Shown: positions 51,531 through 62,237 of the stretch, one piece after another
Position numbering within the stretch: the stretch's first letter is position 1
How the letters are laid out: every line of letters starts with the position of its first letter
Source: Pseudomonadota bacterium
GTDB taxonomy: Bacteria; Pseudomonadota; Gammaproteobacteria; Xanthomonadales; Xanthomonadaceae
Direction of reading: 5' to 3'
NCBI GenBank assembly: GCA_023390905.1
Contig: JAEWBY010000094.1
Coordinates: 22,490-86,489, forward strand
Length of the DNA: 64,000 nucleotides
The notes under the pieces: model-generated
What the model was told of the DNA's origin: nothing
Databases searched by the model: none
Seen by the model: the letters and a program-made list of their open reading frames with translations, nothing else
Made by a program: the position numbers and the translations under genes

Positions 51531-53077
51531 GGCGTGGGTCCAAAGTAACTGCTTTCGACGACCTTGCTGGACGCGCCATCATCACGTTCGACGATGAAGC
51601 GCAGCGCATGGCGTCCCTTCACATGGTTGGGCGCGCTGACGGTCAACGGCACCGAAACGACTTCTTCCGCATCGACCTTCACGGCCTGCGCGGCACTGGA
51701 GAGAATCAAGGCCGGTTCGCCCGACTCCAGGCGGATGCGATAGCCGTGGGCCTGCTGATCCTTGTTGATGAGCTTCAGCGTGTAGTCGTTGGCGACGGTG
51801 CCATCGCCGGATTCGCGATAGAGCGCATTGCGATCGCGCAGTACTTCGGCGATGAGATCGCTGCGGTGGCCGACGCCCCAGGCCCAGCCGGCCAGCAGCA
51901 GCGTCAGGATCGTGCCGTACACGAACACGCGCGGGCGCAGCACGCGGGTGCTCTTGCCGTCGATCGCGTTCTGCGTCGAATAGCGGATCAGGCCCTGCGG
52001 ATAACCCATTTTGCCCATCACGTCGTCGCAGGCGTCGATGCACGCGCCGCACGCGATGCATTCGTACTGCAGGCCGTTGCGGATGTCGATGCCGGTCGGG
52101 CAGACCTGGACGCAGATCGTGCAGTCGATGCAGTCGCCCAGTTGATCAGGCGCGAACTTGGGCAGCGGTTCGGAGGTCACGCCCGCGCCGCCGAAGGTGA
52201 TCGTGCCGCGCGCCTGCAGGCGGTTGTCCGCCGCGGTGGGGTGCTGGTAAGCGCGGAACACGTAATCGTAGGCGGTCGCGGCATCGAGCAGGCCGCGTGC
52301 GCGTTCGAGCACGCTGGCCAGGCCGCGCTTGCGCGGGCCGCGCGGCTCACCGCGCATCGGGTCATAGGCGATGATCAGCGTGTTGCGATCGAACATCGCG
52401 CTCTGGAACCGGGCATAGGGGCACATGTACTTGCAGACCTGCTCACGCAGGAAGCCTGCATTGCCCCAGGTCGCCAAGGCGTAAAACAGCACCCAGAACG
52501 TCTCCCAGCCGCCCCAGCCCAGCGGCGCGCGCATGGCCAGTTCGCGGATGGGCGTGAAGAATCCGACGAAGGTGAAGCCCGTCCACAGCGCGAACGCCAG
52601 CCACAGCACATGCTTGCTGCCCTTGCGCAGGATTTTCTGGCGATTCCACGGACCGGCGTCCAGCTTCATGCGCTGGCTGCGATCGCCCTCGGTCCAGCGT
52701 TCCATCCACAGGAACACCTCGGTCCACACCGTCTGCGGGCAGGCGTATCCGCAGAACAGCCGGCCCGCCAGCGCGGTGAAGAAGAACAGCGCCATCGCCG
52801 CGATGATCAGCAGCAGTGCAAGGAACAGGAAATCCTGCGGCCAGAACGACAGGCCGAACACGTAGAACTTGCGCGCCGGCAGATCGAACAGCACGGCCTG
52901 GCGGCCGTCCCAGCGCAGCCACGGAAACAGATAGAACATGCCCAGCAGCCAGAACACCGCGGCCGTGCGCAGGCGATCGAAACGACCGGACACGTCGCGC
53001 GGATAGATCTTGCGTTCGCTGACGTAGAGCGAATTGCCCTGGTCGTCGACGACGTCGATGGGGATCTGGCGGTTCAT
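51527..53077 (-). CDS. ccoG: cbb3 oxidase accessory protein CcoG
   Basis: GRLFCGYACPQTVW, CKYMCPYARFQ, CIDCTICVQVCP, CIACGACIDAC. Confidence 0.95.
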   Translation of the reverse strand: MNRQIPIDVVDDQGNSLYVSERKIYPRDVSGRFDRLRTAAVFWLLGMFYLFPWLRWDGRQAVLFDLPARKFYVFGLSFWPQDFLFLALLLIIAAMALFFFTALAGRLFCGYACPQTVWTEVFLWMERWTEGDRSQRMKLDAGPWNRQKILRKGSKHVLWLAFALWTGFTFVGFFTPIRELAMRAPLGWGGWETFWVLFYALATWGNAGFLREQVCKYMCPYARFQSAMFDRNTLIIAYDPMRGEPRGPRKRGLASVLERARGLLDAATAYDYVFRAYQHPTAADNRLQARGTITFGGAGVTSEPLPKFAPDQLGDCIDCTICVQVCPTGIDIRNGLQYECIACGACIDACDDVMGKMGYPQGLIRYSTQNAIDGKSTRVLRPRVFVYGTILTLLLAGWAWGVGHRSDLIAEVLRDRNALYRESGDGTVANDYTLKLINKDQQAHGYRIRLESGEPALILSSAAQAVKVDAEEVVSVPLTVSAPNHVKGRHALRFIVERDDGASSKVVESSYFGPTP

Positions 53078-53255
53078 GGCGTGGCCCCCGTGCAGGGGCG
53101 TGGGAAATCGCGAATCGGATTCAGGATGATGGTCATGGCAATGGCTTCGCCGGCATCCACCGGCGTGGCGGAAGACTCGAGCGCGCCGCACGCATGAGGC
53201 ACGTTGCGCCCATCTGACAGGCGTTCAGTTTCGACGTTGCGACCGTGGAATGGGA

Positions 53256-53270
53256 GGGACGTTTTGTCGC
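53256..53270. promoter_or_regulatory. RegA/RegR-type box upstream of ccoG
   Basis: GGGACGTTTTGTCGC fits the recalled RegR consensus GNGRCRTTNNGNCGC. Confidence 0.5.
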
Positions 53271-53285
53271 ACTCCCGCACCTGCT

Positions 53286-53582
53286 TCAGTCCGGAGGCAG
53301 CGCGCGATTGAAGCGGCTGGAGGGCCGCAGTAGTATCCAGGTGAAAAGACTGGACGATGCAGTGGCCAGCCAGAACATGAAAAAGCCCAGCGTGTAGCCG
53401 AGCTCGCGGGTCATGGGCCAGGAAGGAAACGTGGCATCGCGCAGTTGCAGCGGGTCGACGAAGGCGAAGAACACCATCGTGGCGACGCCGGCCGCAAAAA
53501 AGCTCGGCCAGAGAATCGCCCCGACCCGCTGGGCAAGCGGGCGGGGCGGATGTTCGAACCGCGGTTGCGTGAAGTCGGTCAT
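53286..53582 (-). CDS. Small membrane protein between ccoP and ccoG
   Basis: 98 aa, ILWPSFFAAG..FFAFVDP..YTLGFFMFW, two TM segments. Confidence 0.75.
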   Translation of the reverse strand: MTDFTQPRFEHPPRPLAQRVGAILWPSFFAAGVATMVFFAFVDPLQLRDATFPSWPMTRELGYTLGFFMFWLATASSSLFTWILLRPSSRFNRALPPD

Positions 53583-53605
53583 GGCGGTCCGAATCTGTGC
53601 ATTTC

Positions 53606-54529
53606 CTAATTCTTACCATCTCCGGGCTTGTGCGACAACGACCAGACATAGGCCGCGACCAAGCGCGAGCGGGTTTCGCCGAGCAGTTCGCGATGCGCCG
53701 GCATCTGGCCATGGCGACCGTCACGGATCGTCTTGGCGATGGCTTCGGTGCTGTCGCCGTACAGCCAGTAGTTGTCCGTGAGATCCGGCGCACCCAGTTC
53801 CTGGTTGCCCTTGCCCTCGGCGCCATGGCAGGCGACGCAGACGCCCTCGTACAGCTTCTTGCCCTGCGCGGCCATGAAGTTGTTCTGCAGCTGATCCGGA
53901 TGACCTAGCGTACGCACGTAGGCGACGGTGTAGTCCACCGCATTCTCGCCGCCCATGCCCGTCAGCGCCGTGCCCCACTCGGGCATCACGCCGTTGCGGC
54001 CGTCCATCACCGTTTCCAGGATGCGATCGGGCGTGCCGCCCCAATGCCAGATGTCATCGGTCAGGTTGGGATAACCAATCGCGCCCTTGGCCGAGGAGCC
54101 GTGGCAGCCAGCGCAGGTGTTGTTGAAGATCGAACGACCCAGCGCGACCGCCTTCGGATTGCCGGCGAGCTGATCGATCGGCTGGTTGGCGAACGGACGG
54201 AAGGTCTGTTCCAGCTTGGCGTCTTCCTGTTCCTTCTTCTGCGCGTGTTCCTGCCTGGAGGACCAGCCGCCGGCCGACTTGAAGCCACCGAGGCCGCCGT
54301 ACCAGGCGAAGTAGCCGATGCCGAAGATGATGGTCAGCCAGAACAGGTTGATCCACCAGCGCGGGAGCGGCTTGTTGTACTCGGTGAGATCGCCGTCCCA
54401 GACGTGACTGGTTTCTTCCGGCGCCGGGTCGCCCGGACGGCGACGGGCCGTCCACCACAGCAGCCACACGCAACCGATGATGTTGAGCGCCACCAGCGCG
54501 ACGATGTACCACGACCAGCCGGGGCTCAT
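53606..54529 (-). CDS. ccoP: cbb3 cytochrome c oxidase subunit III
   Basis: HVWDGDLTEYNKPLPRWW, two heme motifs (CAGCH, CVACH). Confidence 0.96.
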   Translation of the reverse strand: MSPGWSWYIVALVALNIIGCVWLLWWTARRRPGDPAPEETSHVWDGDLTEYNKPLPRWWINLFWLTIIFGIGYFAWYGGLGGFKSAGGWSSRQEHAQKKEQEDAKLEQTFRPFANQPIDQLAGNPKAVALGRSIFNNTCAGCHGSSAKGAIGYPNLTDDIWHWGGTPDRILETVMDGRNGVMPEWGTALTGMGGENAVDYTVAYVRTLGHPDQLQNNFMAAQGKKLYEGVCVACHGAEGKGNQELGAPDLTDNYWLYGDSTEAIAKTIRDGRHGQMPAHRELLGETRSRLVAAYVWSLSHKPGDGKN

Positions 54530-54669
54530 GCTCGGTTCTCCATCTCGTCTTCTTCAAGCGGCAGTTGTGCGGCCGCATCAAATTCTTTCTTCCGCTTGGG
54601 GCTCCACACGCCGATCCAGCCGGCGACGAAGAGCACCATCAATACGGCGGTGACAATTCCAGAGGTCAT
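54526..54669 (-). CDS. ccoQ: cbb3 oxidase subunit CcoQ (47 aa, not in ORF track)
   Basis: Hand-translated MTSGIVTAVLMVLFVAGWIGVWSPKRKKEFDAAAQLPLEEDEMENRA; ATGA overlap with ccoP. Confidence 0.9.
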   Translation of the reverse strand: MTSGIVTAVLMVLFVAGWIGVWSPKRKKEFDAAAQLPLEEDEMENRA

Positions 54670-54670
54670 A

Positions 54671-55291
<621 letters not shown>

Positions 55292-55304
55292 GTCGGTCTC
55301 GTCC

Positions 55305-56744
55305 TCAGGCGCGCACTTCGGAAGCGTCCACCGGCAGGATGGGCTGCACGCCCACCGCGCGGGAAGCGGCGAAGGTCTTCCAGGTGTTCCAGGCCATCAC
55401 GGCCATGCCGGACAGCACCAGCAGACCGCCGCCCAACCGGATCAGATAGAAGGGATAGGTCACGATGAGCGACTCGACGAAGCTGTAGGTCAGCGTGCCG
55501 TCGGCGTTGGTGGCGCGTGCCATCAGGCCCTGCGCCACGCCGGCGATCCACATCGAGGCGATGTAGAACACCACGCCCAGCGTATGCAGCCAGAAGTGCA
55601 GGTCGATGGCCTTCACCGAGTACATCTTCTCGTTGCCGGTCAGGCGCGGCAGCAGCGCGTAGATCGAACCCACCGAGATCATCGCCACCCAGCCCAGCGC
55701 GCCGGCGTGCACGTGGCCGACGGTCCAGTCGGTGTAGTGGCTCAGCGAGTTGACCGTCTTGATCGACATCATCGGGCCCTCGAAGGTCGCGATCATGTAG
55801 AACGAGATGGCGACGATGAGGAACTTGAGGATGGGACCGGTGCGCAGCTTGTACCAGACGCCGGAGAGGGTCAGGATGCCGTTGATCGCGCCGCCCCAGG
55901 ACGGAGCCAGCAGGATCAGCGAGAACACCATGCCCAGCGACTGCGCCCAGTCAGGCAGCGCCGTGTAGTGCAGATGGTGCGGGCCGGCCCACATGTAGAC
56001 CGCGATCAGCGCCCAGAAGTGCACGATGGACAGGCGATACGAATAGACCGGACGGCCCGCCTGCTTCGGCACGAAGTAGTACATCATGCCGAGGAAGCCC
56101 GCGGTCAGGAAGAAGCCCACCGCGTTGTGGCCGTACCACCACTGCACCATCGCATCGACCGCGCCGCTGTAGACCGGATACGACTTGAACGGCCCGACCG
56201 GGATGGCGATGTTGTTGACGATGTGCAGCAGCGCCACGGCGATGATGAACGCGCCGTAGAACCAGTTCGCCACGTAGATGTGCTTGACGTTGCGCTTGAC
56301 GATCGTGCCGAAGAACAGCACCGCGTACGCCACCCAGACCACCGTGATCAGCAGATCGATCGGCCATTCCAGTTCGGCGTATTCCTTGCCTTGGGTCAGG
56401 CCCAGCGGCAGCGTGATCGCGGCCGACAGGATGACCAGTTGCCAGCCCCAGAACACGAAGGCCGCCAGCTTGTCCGATAGCAGCCGCGTGTGGCAGGTTC
56501 GCTGCACCACGTAGAGACTGGTCGCGAACAGCGCGCTGCCGCCGAACGCGAAGATCACCGCGTTGGTGTGCAGCGGACGCAGCCGGCCGTAGCTGAGCCA
56601 CGGAATGTCGAAATTCAATGCGGGCCAGTAAAGCTGGGCGGCGATGAGAACGCCGACCGCCATGCCCACGATTCCCCAGACCACGGTCATGACCGCGAAC
56701 TGGCGCACCACTTTGTCGTTGTAAGTACCTTGGACGCTTTGCAT
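55305..56744 (-). CDS. ccoN: cbb3 cytochrome c oxidase subunit I
   Basis: [47 protein letters not shown] before ATG 56744. Confidence 0.97.
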   Translation of the reverse strand: MQSVQGTYNDKVVRQFAVMTVVWGIVGMAVGVLIAAQLYWPALNFDIPWLSYGRLRPLHTNAVIFAFGGSALFATSLYVVQRTCHTRLLSDKLAAFVFWGWQLVILSAAITLPLGLTQGKEYAELEWPIDLLITVVWVAYAVLFFGTIVKRNVKHIYVANWFYGAFIIAVALLHIVNNIAIPVGPFKSYPVYSGAVDAMVQWWYGHNAVGFFLTAGFLGMMYYFVPKQAGRPVYSYRLSIVHFWALIAVYMWAGPHHLHYTALPDWAQSLGMVFSLILLAPSWGGAINGILTLSGVWYKLRTGPILKFLIVAISFYMIATFEGPMMSIKTVNSLSHYTDWTVGHVHAGALGWVAMISVGSIYALLPRLTGNEKMYSVKAIDLHFWLHTLGVVFYIASMWIAGVAQGLMARATNADGTLTYSFVESLIVTYPFYLIRLGGGLLVLSGMAVMAWNTWKTFAASRAVGVQPILPVDASEVRA

Positions 56745-56797
56745 GCGGCCTCCTCGCCAATACAGTGAAATCATTGTCCCCGACGCCCCTTCACGCA

Positions 56798-56811
56798 TTG
56801 ATTTCAATCAA
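56798..56811. promoter_or_regulatory. FNR/Anr box upstream of ccoN
   Basis: Perfect TTGAT-TTCA-ATCAA; a GACAAT -10 candidate on the minus strand at 56773-56778 fits class II spacing. Confidence 0.9.
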
Positions 56812-56883
56812 CGGTGAACAAAGGGCGGTTCGCGGCAGAGACCGCGGCCGGGGGATTTTGTCATTTGGTCATGACGTTGGGGT

Positions 56884-56898
56884 GCGACGGAATGTCAC
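56884..56898. promoter_or_regulatory. RegA/RegR-type box upstream of ccoN
   Basis: Minus strand GTGACATTCCGTCGC fits GNGRCRTTNNGNCGC. Confidence 0.5.
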
Positions 56899-57398
56899 CC
56901 CCGACCAATGGACGCGCCAAACCAATCATTCCCCCCTCGGGCTTCCGTCGAAAGTCACAGTCCGACTTCTTCCCGATCCCCGGGTGCAGATGCATTCCTG
57001 GAAGTCGCCTGCCGGCGCGTTTCGTGACCGCCGTCGTGAAGGCGTCGCGCCTATGCACCGGCAGGCGTTGCACGAGACTGTCGTTGCAAGACATGTGCCT
57101 GGAACGGATCGCCGGCAACGCGGCGCAGCGCCGGCGGTTTGGCGCTGGGTGGATCGATTGGCGAAAGGCGCAGGAGAAGGTGGGTCGCAACGCGGCGACC
57201 ATTCCGCTGATGGCAACGACACCTCGAGAGGAATCGCAGCAGGGACGTCGGCTCGCGTTGCTGGCATCAATGCAGCATCGAGTGCCATTCGCACGACACC
57301 CGCGGCAAGGAACGCCACGCATGCCCTGAGCCACGCGCAGAGCGGCACGCCCGCGTTGGTTGATCCGCGCGTGCGCACGAAATGACAACGTGACGCAC

Positions 57399-57423
57399 AA
57401 AAAAAAGCCGCCTCATGGGTGGC
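57399..57423 (-). terminator. Terminator after tRNA-Met
   Basis: GCCACC-CATGA-GGCGGC (one mismatch) followed by T8. Confidence 0.65.
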
Positions 57424-57454
57424 CTTCATCACTGGATTCCCTGTACGGACACGA

Positions 57455-57531
57455 TGGTGGCTATGGGTGGACTCGAACCACCGACCCCAGCATTATGAGT
57501 GCTGTGCTCTAACCGGCTGAGCTACATAGCC
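57455..57531 (-). tRNA. tRNA-Met (CAT), elongator type
   Basis: 77-nt cloverleaf GGCTATG...CAGCA-CTCATAA-TGCTG...GGTTCGAGTCC...CATAGCCACCA. Confidence 0.95.
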
Positions 57532-57546
57532 GTACAGGAACCGCAC

Positions 57547-57575
57547 ATTTTTCCCGGGTGAAGGGCGGCTGTCAA
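57547..57575 (-). promoter_or_regulatory. Sigma70 promoter of tRNA-Met
   Basis: TTGACA-N17-AAAAAT. Confidence 0.6.
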
Positions 57576-57650
57576 TCCGGTCGGGTCAACTTGTCGGCGC
57601 GCCGGAGCCGTGGCAGAGTCGGAGCCAGTAGATTTTTAGGAGTCCGCATC

Positions 57651-58250
57651 GTGATCGATCCGGACGGTTACCGACCCAATGTCGGCATCGTGTTGATGCG
57701 CCCGGACGGCCGGGTGTTCTGGGCGCGTCGTGTGCGCCGGGACGGCTGGCAATTCCCGCAGGGCGGGATGAACAGCGACGAGACGCCGGTCGAGGCCATG
57801 TACCGCGAGTTGCAGGAAGAAACCGGCCTGTTGCCCGAACATGTGGAAGTGTTGGGGGCCACGCCCGGCTGGCTCCGCTATCGCCTGCCGGCGCGCGCCA
57901 TCCGCCACCATGAGCGCCAGGTCTGCATCGGCCAGAAGCAGGTGTGGTTCCTGCTGCGGCTGGTCGGCGATGAAACCCACCTGCGGCTGGACGCGACCGA
58001 CACCCCCGAGTTCGATCACTGGCGCTGGGTGGATTTCTGGTACCCGGTGGAACACGTGGTCATGTTCAAGCGCGGCGTGTACGCGCGCGCCCTCGGGCAT
58101 CTGGCATCGTATGCGCGAAGCGTGGTCAGTACGCTGGCCCTGCCGCCGCAGCGCCTGGATCGGCTGGGGGAGGCCAAGCATGGCCGGCCCCGCCCGCGGA
58201 ATCGACCCGCACGTAAACGCGACCCCGGCGGGCAGCCCGTTCAGAATTGA
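57651..58250 (+). CDS. rppH: RNA pyrophosphohydrolase
   Basis: [37 protein letters not shown]. Confidence 0.96.
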   Translation: MIDPDGYRPNVGIVLMRPDGRVFWARRVRRDGWQFPQGGMNSDETPVEAMYRELQEETGLLPEHVEVLGATPGWLRYRLPARAIRHHERQVCIGQKQVWFLLRLVGDETHLRLDATDTPEFDHWRWVDFWYPVEHVVMFKRGVYARALGHLASYARSVVSTLALPPQRLDRLGEAKHGRPRPRNRPARKRDPGGQPVQN

Positions 58251-58275
58251 CAATCATTCTCATTCACGGTTGAAT
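58247..58275 (+). promoter_or_regulatory. Fur-box-like site overlapping a TTGACA-N17-TTGAAT promoter of bfd
   Basis: GACAATCATTCTCATTCAC (58249-58267), 13/19 match to GATAATGATAATCATTATC. Confidence 0.65.
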
Positions 58276-58314
58276 GGTCTCGAGCCGCTCCGGCCCGACT
58301 GATCGCCTACCGCC

Positions 58315-58524
58315 GTGTACGTCTGCATCTGCAACGGAGTCACCGATCGCCAGATTCAAGAAGCCGCCGCCAACGGCGTGCGGACTGTGGCCGAACTGAC
58401 GATGCGCACGGGCTGCGGCGCCACCTGTGGCAGTTGCCTGGACATGGCCGGCGGCATCCTCGATGCCCACCACCGCTCGCAGGAATTGAATCTGCCGATC
58501 CTCGGCCTGTCCCAGGCGGCCTGA
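58315..58524 (+). CDS. bfd: Bacterioferritin-associated ferredoxin
   Basis: MYVCICNGVTD...CGSC. Confidence 0.92.
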   Translation: MYVCICNGVTDRQIQEAAANGVRTVAELTMRTGCGATCGSCLDMAGGILDAHHRSQELNLPILGLSQAA

Positions 58525-58571
58525 TCCCCGCGCATCCGGACTCCAACGCTGCGAGCCCGCCACCCCTTCCC

Positions 58572-59243
58572 TCAGATCCGCGGGATGCGGATGGCTCCGG
58601 CACATCCGCTGGCTCCGGCCTCCGGCGCATGCGGCAGGCGACCCCAGCACGGCGCATCCAGCCGGTGCTGCAACAGTTCGAAGTTTTCATCCTGCCGCGC
58701 CATATCCGGATCGATGCCATTGGCGATCCATCCGACCAAGCGTGCGCCATCCGCCTCGATCGCGCGGGCGGTCAGGCGTGCGTGGTTGAGGCAACCCAGC
58801 CGCAGGCCCACCACCATCACCACCGGCAATTGGAACGCACGCACCAGATCAAGCTGATCCAGTTCGCTTGAAAGCGGCGCGGCCCAACCACCGACACCTT
58901 CGACCACGACGACATCCGACTGGCTTCGCAGGCGCGCGTACGCCTGTTCCACCGGCGGCAGGCTGACGTGGACGCCGGCCTCGCGCGCGGCGATCTCGGG
59001 GGCGAGCGGTTCGGGCAGTGCGAATGGATTGACGTCCGCATAGGCCGGACGCGGATCGCTCGCGGCCTGCAACGCCAGCGCGTCTTCATTGCGCCAGCCC
59101 TCCGGCGTGCGCTCGCAACCGCTGGCGATCGGCTTCATCCCGACGGCGCGCAAGCCCTGCGCACGCAGCGCATGCAGCAGCACCGTGCTGCCGAAGGTCT
59201 TGCCGACGCCGGTGTCGGTACCGGTGACGAAGAAACTATGCAT
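58572..59243 (-). CDS. bioD: Dethiobiotin synthase
   Basis: FVTGTDTGVGKT, KPIASG, VEGVGG, LGCLNH. Confidence 0.96.
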   Translation of the reverse strand: MHSFFVTGTDTGVGKTFGSTVLLHALRAQGLRAVGMKPIASGCERTPEGWRNEDALALQAASDPRPAYADVNPFALPEPLAPEIAAREAGVHVSLPPVEQAYARLRSQSDVVVVEGVGGWAAPLSSELDQLDLVRAFQLPVVMVVGLRLGCLNHARLTARAIEADGARLVGWIANGIDPDMARQDENFELLQHRLDAPCWGRLPHAPEAGASGCAGAIRIPRI

Positions 59244-59961
59244 GCGATTCCCTGGACAATCGCCGCCGTGCGCGGCGGCGACCGATCGTATCGATCACGC
59301 CAGTGAAAGACAGCAGAAAGTACACGCAGCCCGGCAGCGCGACCTGCCATGGGCTGGCGTCGCCCGGCAACAGCCAGACCAGCGCCACCGAAAGCATGCT
59401 CACCACCACGAAGTACATGAGGCTGGCCACTTCGCCTGCCGCCGCCGCCGCGGCTTCCACATCGAGCCCGAGTCGATCGCGGTTGCGCCACGCAAGCTGG
59501 TAAAGACCGGCGATGCACGCGGACATCGACGCAAACGCAACGCCGTACGCCACGAACATCAGCAGCACGTCGCCCGGTCCGCGCACGTCCTGCAACGGCA
59601 TCGGCGCCCAGCCGCCGGTGATCCAGCTGAAGAACGTGCCGAACAGCAATCGCAGCGGATACACATACACCAGCACGAGAAACACCAGCAGCAGGCTCAG
59701 CAGGGTCGCCGCCGCATGGTCCATGCGATAGCGGCGCGCCCAGCGCACGTGCGCGTACCAGAACAGCGCCACCATCACGAAACTGGCGGCGAACGCGGGC
59801 AGGTTCTTCAATGCCTGCAGCAGATCGGCCAGGCTTTCGGGCAGGTGATCGCCGGAGATGACCAGCAGCGTCACGGCAAACGCGAACGCCGCATCGACGA
59901 AGGCCTCCAGCCGCGTGGAATCGCCGCCACGCCAGGCCGGCGTCCTGTTTTGCTCGCTCAT
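59236..59961 (-). CDS. TMEM175 (DUF1211) family putative potassium channel
   Basis: RLEAFVDAAFAFAVTLLV, FWYAH, about 6 TM segments. Confidence 0.82.
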   Translation of the reverse strand: MSEQNRTPAWRGGDSTRLEAFVDAAFAFAVTLLVISGDHLPESLADLLQALKNLPAFAASFVMVALFWYAHVRWARRYRMDHAAATLLSLLLVFLVLVYVYPLRLLFGTFFSWITGGWAPMPLQDVRGPGDVLLMFVAYGVAFASMSACIAGLYQLAWRNRDRLGLDVEAAAAAAGEVASLMYFVVVSMLSVALVWLLPGDASPWQVALPGCVYFLLSFTGVIDTIGRRRARRRLSRESHA

Positions 59962-60029
59962 GCCGTTGTCTCCCCGAATCCCCAATGAAACGCAGGCCGC
60001 CGCCGCCGGCGACGGATTAGAATCCCACC

Positions 60030-60515
60030 ATGTCATTCACCAGCCAGACCCTCACCGGCCCCAAGCCGGAACAATACGCGCAGTTGGCCGCGCAGGCGCG
60101 TGCCCTGCTCCACGGCGAAACCGATCGCATCGCCAACGCCGCCAATCTCTGCGCGCTCGTGTATCACGCGCTTCCCGATCTGAACTGGACGGGCTTTTAT
60201 TTCCATGACGGCAAGGAACTGGTCGTCGGACCCTTCCAGGGATTGCCGGCCTGCGTGCGCATCGCCATGGACAAGGGCGTGTGCGGCGCGGCCGCGAGCA
60301 CCCGGCAGACGCAGCGCGTCGAGGACGTCGATGCATTCCCCGGCCATATCGCCTGTGACAGCGCCTCGCGTTCGGAACTGGTGGTGCCACTGGTGAAGGA
60401 CGATCGGCTGATCGGCGTGTTGGATCTGGACAGCCCGGAACTGGCGCGCTTCGATGAGGAGGATCAGCGCGGGCTCGAAGCCATCGCCGCGATCTTCGTG
60501 GAGTCGCTCGCATGA
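60030..60515 (+). CDS. msrC: GAF-domain free methionine-R-sulfoxide reductase
   Basis: NWTGFY, GPFQGLPAC, KGVCG, FPGHIACD..S.SE, DLDS. Confidence 0.88.
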   Translation: MSFTSQTLTGPKPEQYAQLAAQARALLHGETDRIANAANLCALVYHALPDLNWTGFYFHDGKELVVGPFQGLPACVRIAMDKGVCGAAASTRQTQRVEDVDAFPGHIACDSASRSELVVPLVKDDRLIGVLDLDSPELARFDEEDQRGLEAIAAIFVESLA

Positions 60516-60887
60516 GCACCGCCAAGCTGCGCAACATCGGCCCCAAATCCGCTGCGTGGTTGCGCCAGGTCGGCCTGCGCACGCAGGAGGATCTGGCGGC
60601 GGTCGGATCGGTGGAAGCCTTCCTGCGCGTCAAGCGTGCCGGCTTCCGTCCCAGCCTCAATCTGCTCTATGCGCTGGAAGGCGCCTTGCTCGATTGTCAC
60701 TGGCAGCAGCTCCCGGAAACGCGTCGCGGCGAACTGGTCGTGGCCTACGACGCCGCTGCGGCGTTGTTGCCGGCACCGCGCGGTCGCCCGGCGGCCGCGC
60801 CGGTCACCACCACGCACACCGCCGATGACGAGGCGAACGTGCCGTCGATGAATGTTCGATTCACGCGGCGGCGATCACGAAGACTGA
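60512..60887 (+). CDS. TfoX/Sxy C-terminal domain protein; probable indel near 60853
   Basis: LRNIGPKSAAWLRQVG, SLNLLYALEGAL; the frame as given runs 583 nt antisense into cobS, whereas a shifted frame ends FDSRGGDHED-stop at 60887. Confidence 0.75.
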
Positions 60888-60900
60888 TACGGCGCGCGGT

Positions 60901-61641
60901 TCAGCCCAGCGCCCAACGCGCCGGCCACAGCACCAGCGCGAACAGCAGCAACGTCTCCAGCACTTCGGTGCTCGCGCCCAGGCAGTCGCCTGAGATTCCG
61001 CCGAGGCGGCGCTTCCAGTACCACGCGGTCAATGGTGCGAGCAGCAGGCAGATCAGCAGCGCCGGCGCGAGCCAGAGGCTGATCAGCGCAAGCACCGCGC
61101 CCCATCCCCAATCCCAGATCGCGCCTTCGTCGCGATGCCAGGCGAAGCGCTCGGCCATGCCTGCGTGCAGCGGTTGCAGCCAGCGGCTCCACAGCAACGT
61201 GGTGGCCCAGCGCGCCCACGCCGGCACCAGCACCACGCCCCACATCCACGCGCTGCCCGTCACTTCCGCGAGCAGCACGAGTTTGGCGATCAACTGCATC
61301 GCCACGGTGACCATGCCGAAGGTGCCCATGTGGGGATCCTTCAGCACTTCGAGAAAACGTTCCGGTCTGCGGTGCGCGGCGCCGAATGCATCGGCCACGT
61401 CGCCCAGCCCGTCCAGATGCAGCGCACCGGTGACCCACACCCACACGATCGACGCCAGCAACGCCGCCAGCCACGGCCGGTGATCGAATGCGAGCAACGG
61501 CATCACCAGCAACGCACCGATGATTGCGCCCACCAGCGGAAAATGGATCGCGCAGCGGCTCAGTTCATCCTCGCGGAAATCCTTCAACTGCGGCGTGGGA
61601 AGGCGGGTCAGGAACTGCACCGCCAGTATCAACCGTCGCAT
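60901..61641 (-). CDS. cobS: Adenosylcobinamide-GDP ribazoletransferase (cobalamin synthase)
   Basis: QFLTRLP, TGALHLDGLGDVADA, KDPHMGTFG, GGISGDCLGA. Confidence 0.93.
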   Translation of the reverse strand: MRRLILAVQFLTRLPTPQLKDFREDELSRCAIHFPLVGAIIGALLVMPLLAFDHRPWLAALLASIVWVWVTGALHLDGLGDVADAFGAAHRRPERFLEVLKDPHMGTFGMVTVAMQLIAKLVLLAEVTGSAWMWGVVLVPAWARWATTLLWSRWLQPLHAGMAERFAWHRDEGAIWDWGWGAVLALISLWLAPALLICLLLAPLTAWYWKRRLGGISGDCLGASTEVLETLLLFALVLWPARWALG

Positions 61642-62237
61642 ACCTGCCTCACTTCGATCAGTTCGCCCCACAGTACGCCCGCCTCGCCCGGTTCGACGTG
61701 CAGGCGCACGCGCGTGCCGTAACCAATCCGCACGGACCACAGCGCGCTCAGCGGAATCGCGCACGCGAGCGAAACGGCCATGCGCAGCGCGCCGGCGTGC
61801 GTCACCACGAGCGCGGGCCGCGTGTCATCGTGTCCGGCGACTGCGGCATCCAGACCACGACGGATCCGCTGGCTGAACTCCGCCCCGCTCTCCGCATTCG
61901 GCGGCAGCGCGTTGAAGGGATCGCGGTAGAACGCCTCCAGCGCGCGCCGGCCATCGGCTTGTGCGTCGATGTCATCGCGATGCAGGCCATCCCAATCGCC
62001 GAAATGCCATTCGGCCCAATCCTCCGACACCTCCACATCGAGCGCCTGCGGCGCGGCCATCGCGCGCGCCGTGTCATGCGCGCGCTGCAGGGGCGAGGCG
62101 ATGACGCGCGACCACGCGATCGCCGCGTGCGCATCGCGGACGGGATGTGCCGAACCCGGCAGCAGCGGTGAATCGCAACGGCCATCGAAGTAACCGCGTC
62201 GTCCGGTATCGGCATGGCGCACGAGATCGAGGATCAT
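61629..62237 (-). CDS. cobC: Histidine phosphatase (alpha-ribazole phosphatase-like)
   Basis: LVRHA, SPLQRA..TA, E.HFGDWDG, VTHAG; located between cobT and cobS. Confidence 0.75.
   Translation of the reverse strand: MILDLVRHADTGRRGYFDGRCDSPLLPGSAHPVRDAHAAIAWSRVIASPLQRAHDTARAMAAPQALDVEVSEDWAEWHFGDWDGLHRDDIDAQADGRRALEAFYRDPFNALPPNAESGAEFSQRIRRGLDAAVAGHDDTRPALVVTHAGALRMAVSLACAIPLSALWSVRIGYGTRVRLHVEPGEAGVLWGELIEVRQVCDG

Noticed and set aside
53078..53191. His-rich N-terminal extension of CcoG (SHCHDHHPES)
   Set aside because: Lies upstream of the likely start at 53077 and overlaps a probable promoter region; likely chance read-through
55830..55850. CcoN reads KLRTGP where KLRTDP is usual
   Set aside because: A single substitution; cannot separate polymorphism from base-call error, and the metal ligands are intact
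56961..56972. 12-mer TCCGACTTCTTC shared in inverted orientation with the rhlE leader (43357-43368)
   Set aside because: A single 12-mer match is expected by chance in 64 kb and does not extend
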